Position numbers and translations under genes: made by a program. The notes under the pieces were generated by a model. The model was not told where the DNA came from. It saw nothing but the letters and a program-made list of their open reading frames with translations, and ran no database searches. From Owenia fusiformis (lineage: Eukaryota): a stretch of 64,000 nucleotides of DNA. Position 1 is the stretch's first letter. The number at the start of each line of letters is the position of its first letter. Location of the stretch: positions 12,834,001 through 12,898,000 of the forward strand of contig CAIIXF020000001.1 of assembly GCA_903813345.2 (NCBI GenBank), in the 5' to 3' direction. This document shows, piece by piece, positions 61,901-64,000 of this stretch.

Positions 61901-64000
61901 GACCTTTTACCAAATCGTTTTGAAATTTCATCATCAGTCTCATTTTTGATGAGGTTTTATAAAAAAGTTCAAACGAATCCCCATTGACGTTAAAAACTAC
62001 TATTTTAAAAATCACAACATCAAGACTTAAGATAGTGAATATTTCATATTCATCTACTCATGCCAATAAGGTTTACATCAAGTTAACAGTATTAATTAAA
62101 ATAATTGATAAATCAAGAATAAGTTGCTTTTTTGCCTCATCAAAACACTACCGCCATCTTTCGATAATTTAGAAAATGGTCTATTAGAAATAATTAATAA
62201 TTGTTATATATAAAGTGGGAGTAAACATGTTTGAAATAGCATCAATGTGTTAGTGTTACCTTTATTAATAGAGATATCGAGCTTTCAATGAGTTGAATAA
62301 ATGTAATTATTTTTTCTGATTTAGTGTAACTTATCTGTGGTACTCACTTGATAATTTATATATAAGAGCTAAAATTCACGGAGTGTTAAGGTTTAGGCCA
62401 GTTGAAGTATCACATGTACTTTACAGAATACAAATAGATTTATATATAATAGATAATTTGGATATTAAGAAGGATAATTGCGTAAGTAATATTTTTTTGT
62501 AATTTTAACAAAATAATAGAGTTTGTACTGAACAGAGTTGAATTAGAACAGATATCAGAATTTTTTCAATGAATTGTGTAATTACAGAATGTGTAATAAC
62601 ATTTTTTGCTTGTTTAAATGCATTTTTAAAATTTGAGGCACCATTTTCAATAAGGCCACTCATTTCAAAATAGCCACCAATTTTTCATAAAAAATACCAG
62701 TTGAAGGATTTAATTCAAATTTTACAGTTCAAAATGGCCGCTTTTATATCATAAGAACTATATTTGTGATGACTGAAATGCCAATTATCAGATTTGGTTT
62801 AGATTTTGCCTAAATATGGGTCATGTAGAAATGCTGAATTCAAAATATATATTTTTGAACAGCACAGAAACAATTTTCTAAATTTTGAGGAGAGTAAAAA
62901 ACACAGTATAAGATAAGTTAAAAGAAAGACAGACAGAAATCAACATTTACAGGAATGCCTTTCTGCGATTCTAGAATTTGAAAGCTTATATGTCCAGAAA
63001 CAAAAAATGATATCCTGGTAAGATTAACGGATTGAATTTTTACATCATAAAAATGTTTTATTAACCTCGATGATATGAGTTTAGATCTGTTCTTTTTTAA
63101 AGCTTCTTAGAATGTGCGAAACAGACAAAATCAATTTACAAAATTAATCCCCTGTTGCTATTGCATATGACTACAGAATGTCGAATATCTTAATTTAAAG
63201 ATGGCAGCATGAGACGGGAGACAATCCTTATATTTTTTAATAATAAAGATGTCTCAAGAGTATACTGCAGCCAACTTGGAATAAAGAAGTTTAGTACAGG
63301 GATATTTTTCCAGAGACATTGTCCCATGTTATTTTAGTGGCATGTGTAGCAATGGGAAAAATAGGATCTAGTTTGAAAATAAATTTATTAGGCCTGGGAT
63401 TTTGTTCTTGCTGGCTTTCAAATGGTCTTGTTTGTTTTCCTATTAGTCAGCTGTTATATTCTGGCTTGATTTCTATGGACTTGCTTGTTCCTGGTCATGG
63501 TTTGCCTATTCATTATCCCATTAGAGGAAGTTCGGGGGATGCAGAGAATGTTTCCATCTTTCCATATATACATTTATTCATCATATATCCATCTGTACAT
63601 CCATTCATTCATCTGGGCAATTACTTAAAGGCCCCATGTAAAGTTTAAACCACTTTTGCTTATATTGTAGTCTTACCCAATGTTATCAAAGTGTGATACG
63701 TGAAACTTTTTTTTTTTAATTTCAAAAAGTGGTTTTTGATTGACTTTTTGTTCCAAAATTTAGGAATTTATTTAAAACCAACTTTTAGAGGTCACTCATT
63801 TCTTCTAATTAGCCACAATTCATACCAATGCATAGCATTCATCCTCCCATGTTTTTTGCCGAAAAAATTAAGAAAATCGGTTGATAAACAAGCGAGAAAT
63901 GAACTTATCAGTGCATGAAAATGGTTCTGAGAAAAATGCATTTCAAAATTTTAGTTCTAATAGAAACCAATGGTACAATGATATCTAAAACATAATTTGT

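Noticed and set aside
46500..64000. Short ORFs (49555, 60233, 60862, 63319 and others) as exons of the MSRRKQ gene
   Set aside because: No C2H2 or other domain pattern, AT-biased composition, no convincing acceptor/donor pairs, and some overlap repeats.

Overview
AT-rich, intron-containing animal genomic DNA; the repeat types suggest a marine invertebrate, but the taxon cannot be fixed from the sequence. I assembled three protein-coding units by reading splice sites. (1) A complete 9-exon secreted astacin (M12A) zinc metalloprotease on the + strand (831-18812, about 302 aa). (2) A complete 15-exon cytoplasmic aspartyl-tRNA synthetase, DARS1, on the - strand (30969-46214, about 533 aa). (3) Head-to-head with DARS1 and 241 bp from its ATG, a 40-nt first coding exon reading MSRRKQLKPHHYL, the NuRD-binding N-terminus of FOG/SALL/BCL11/ZNF423-type zinc-finger proteins; I found no further exon of it in the window. 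Between the first two genes are a near-perfect 1.96-kb tandem duplication and several minus-strand exon-like blocks with no open frame. Introns and intergenic DNA hold many non-autonomous DNA transposons (mariner-, Kolobok-, Transib-, MULE-, hAT- and Helentron/HINE-like). I saw no CRISPR array, rRNA or intact tRNA, and no clearly new biological system; the findings are leads to test.
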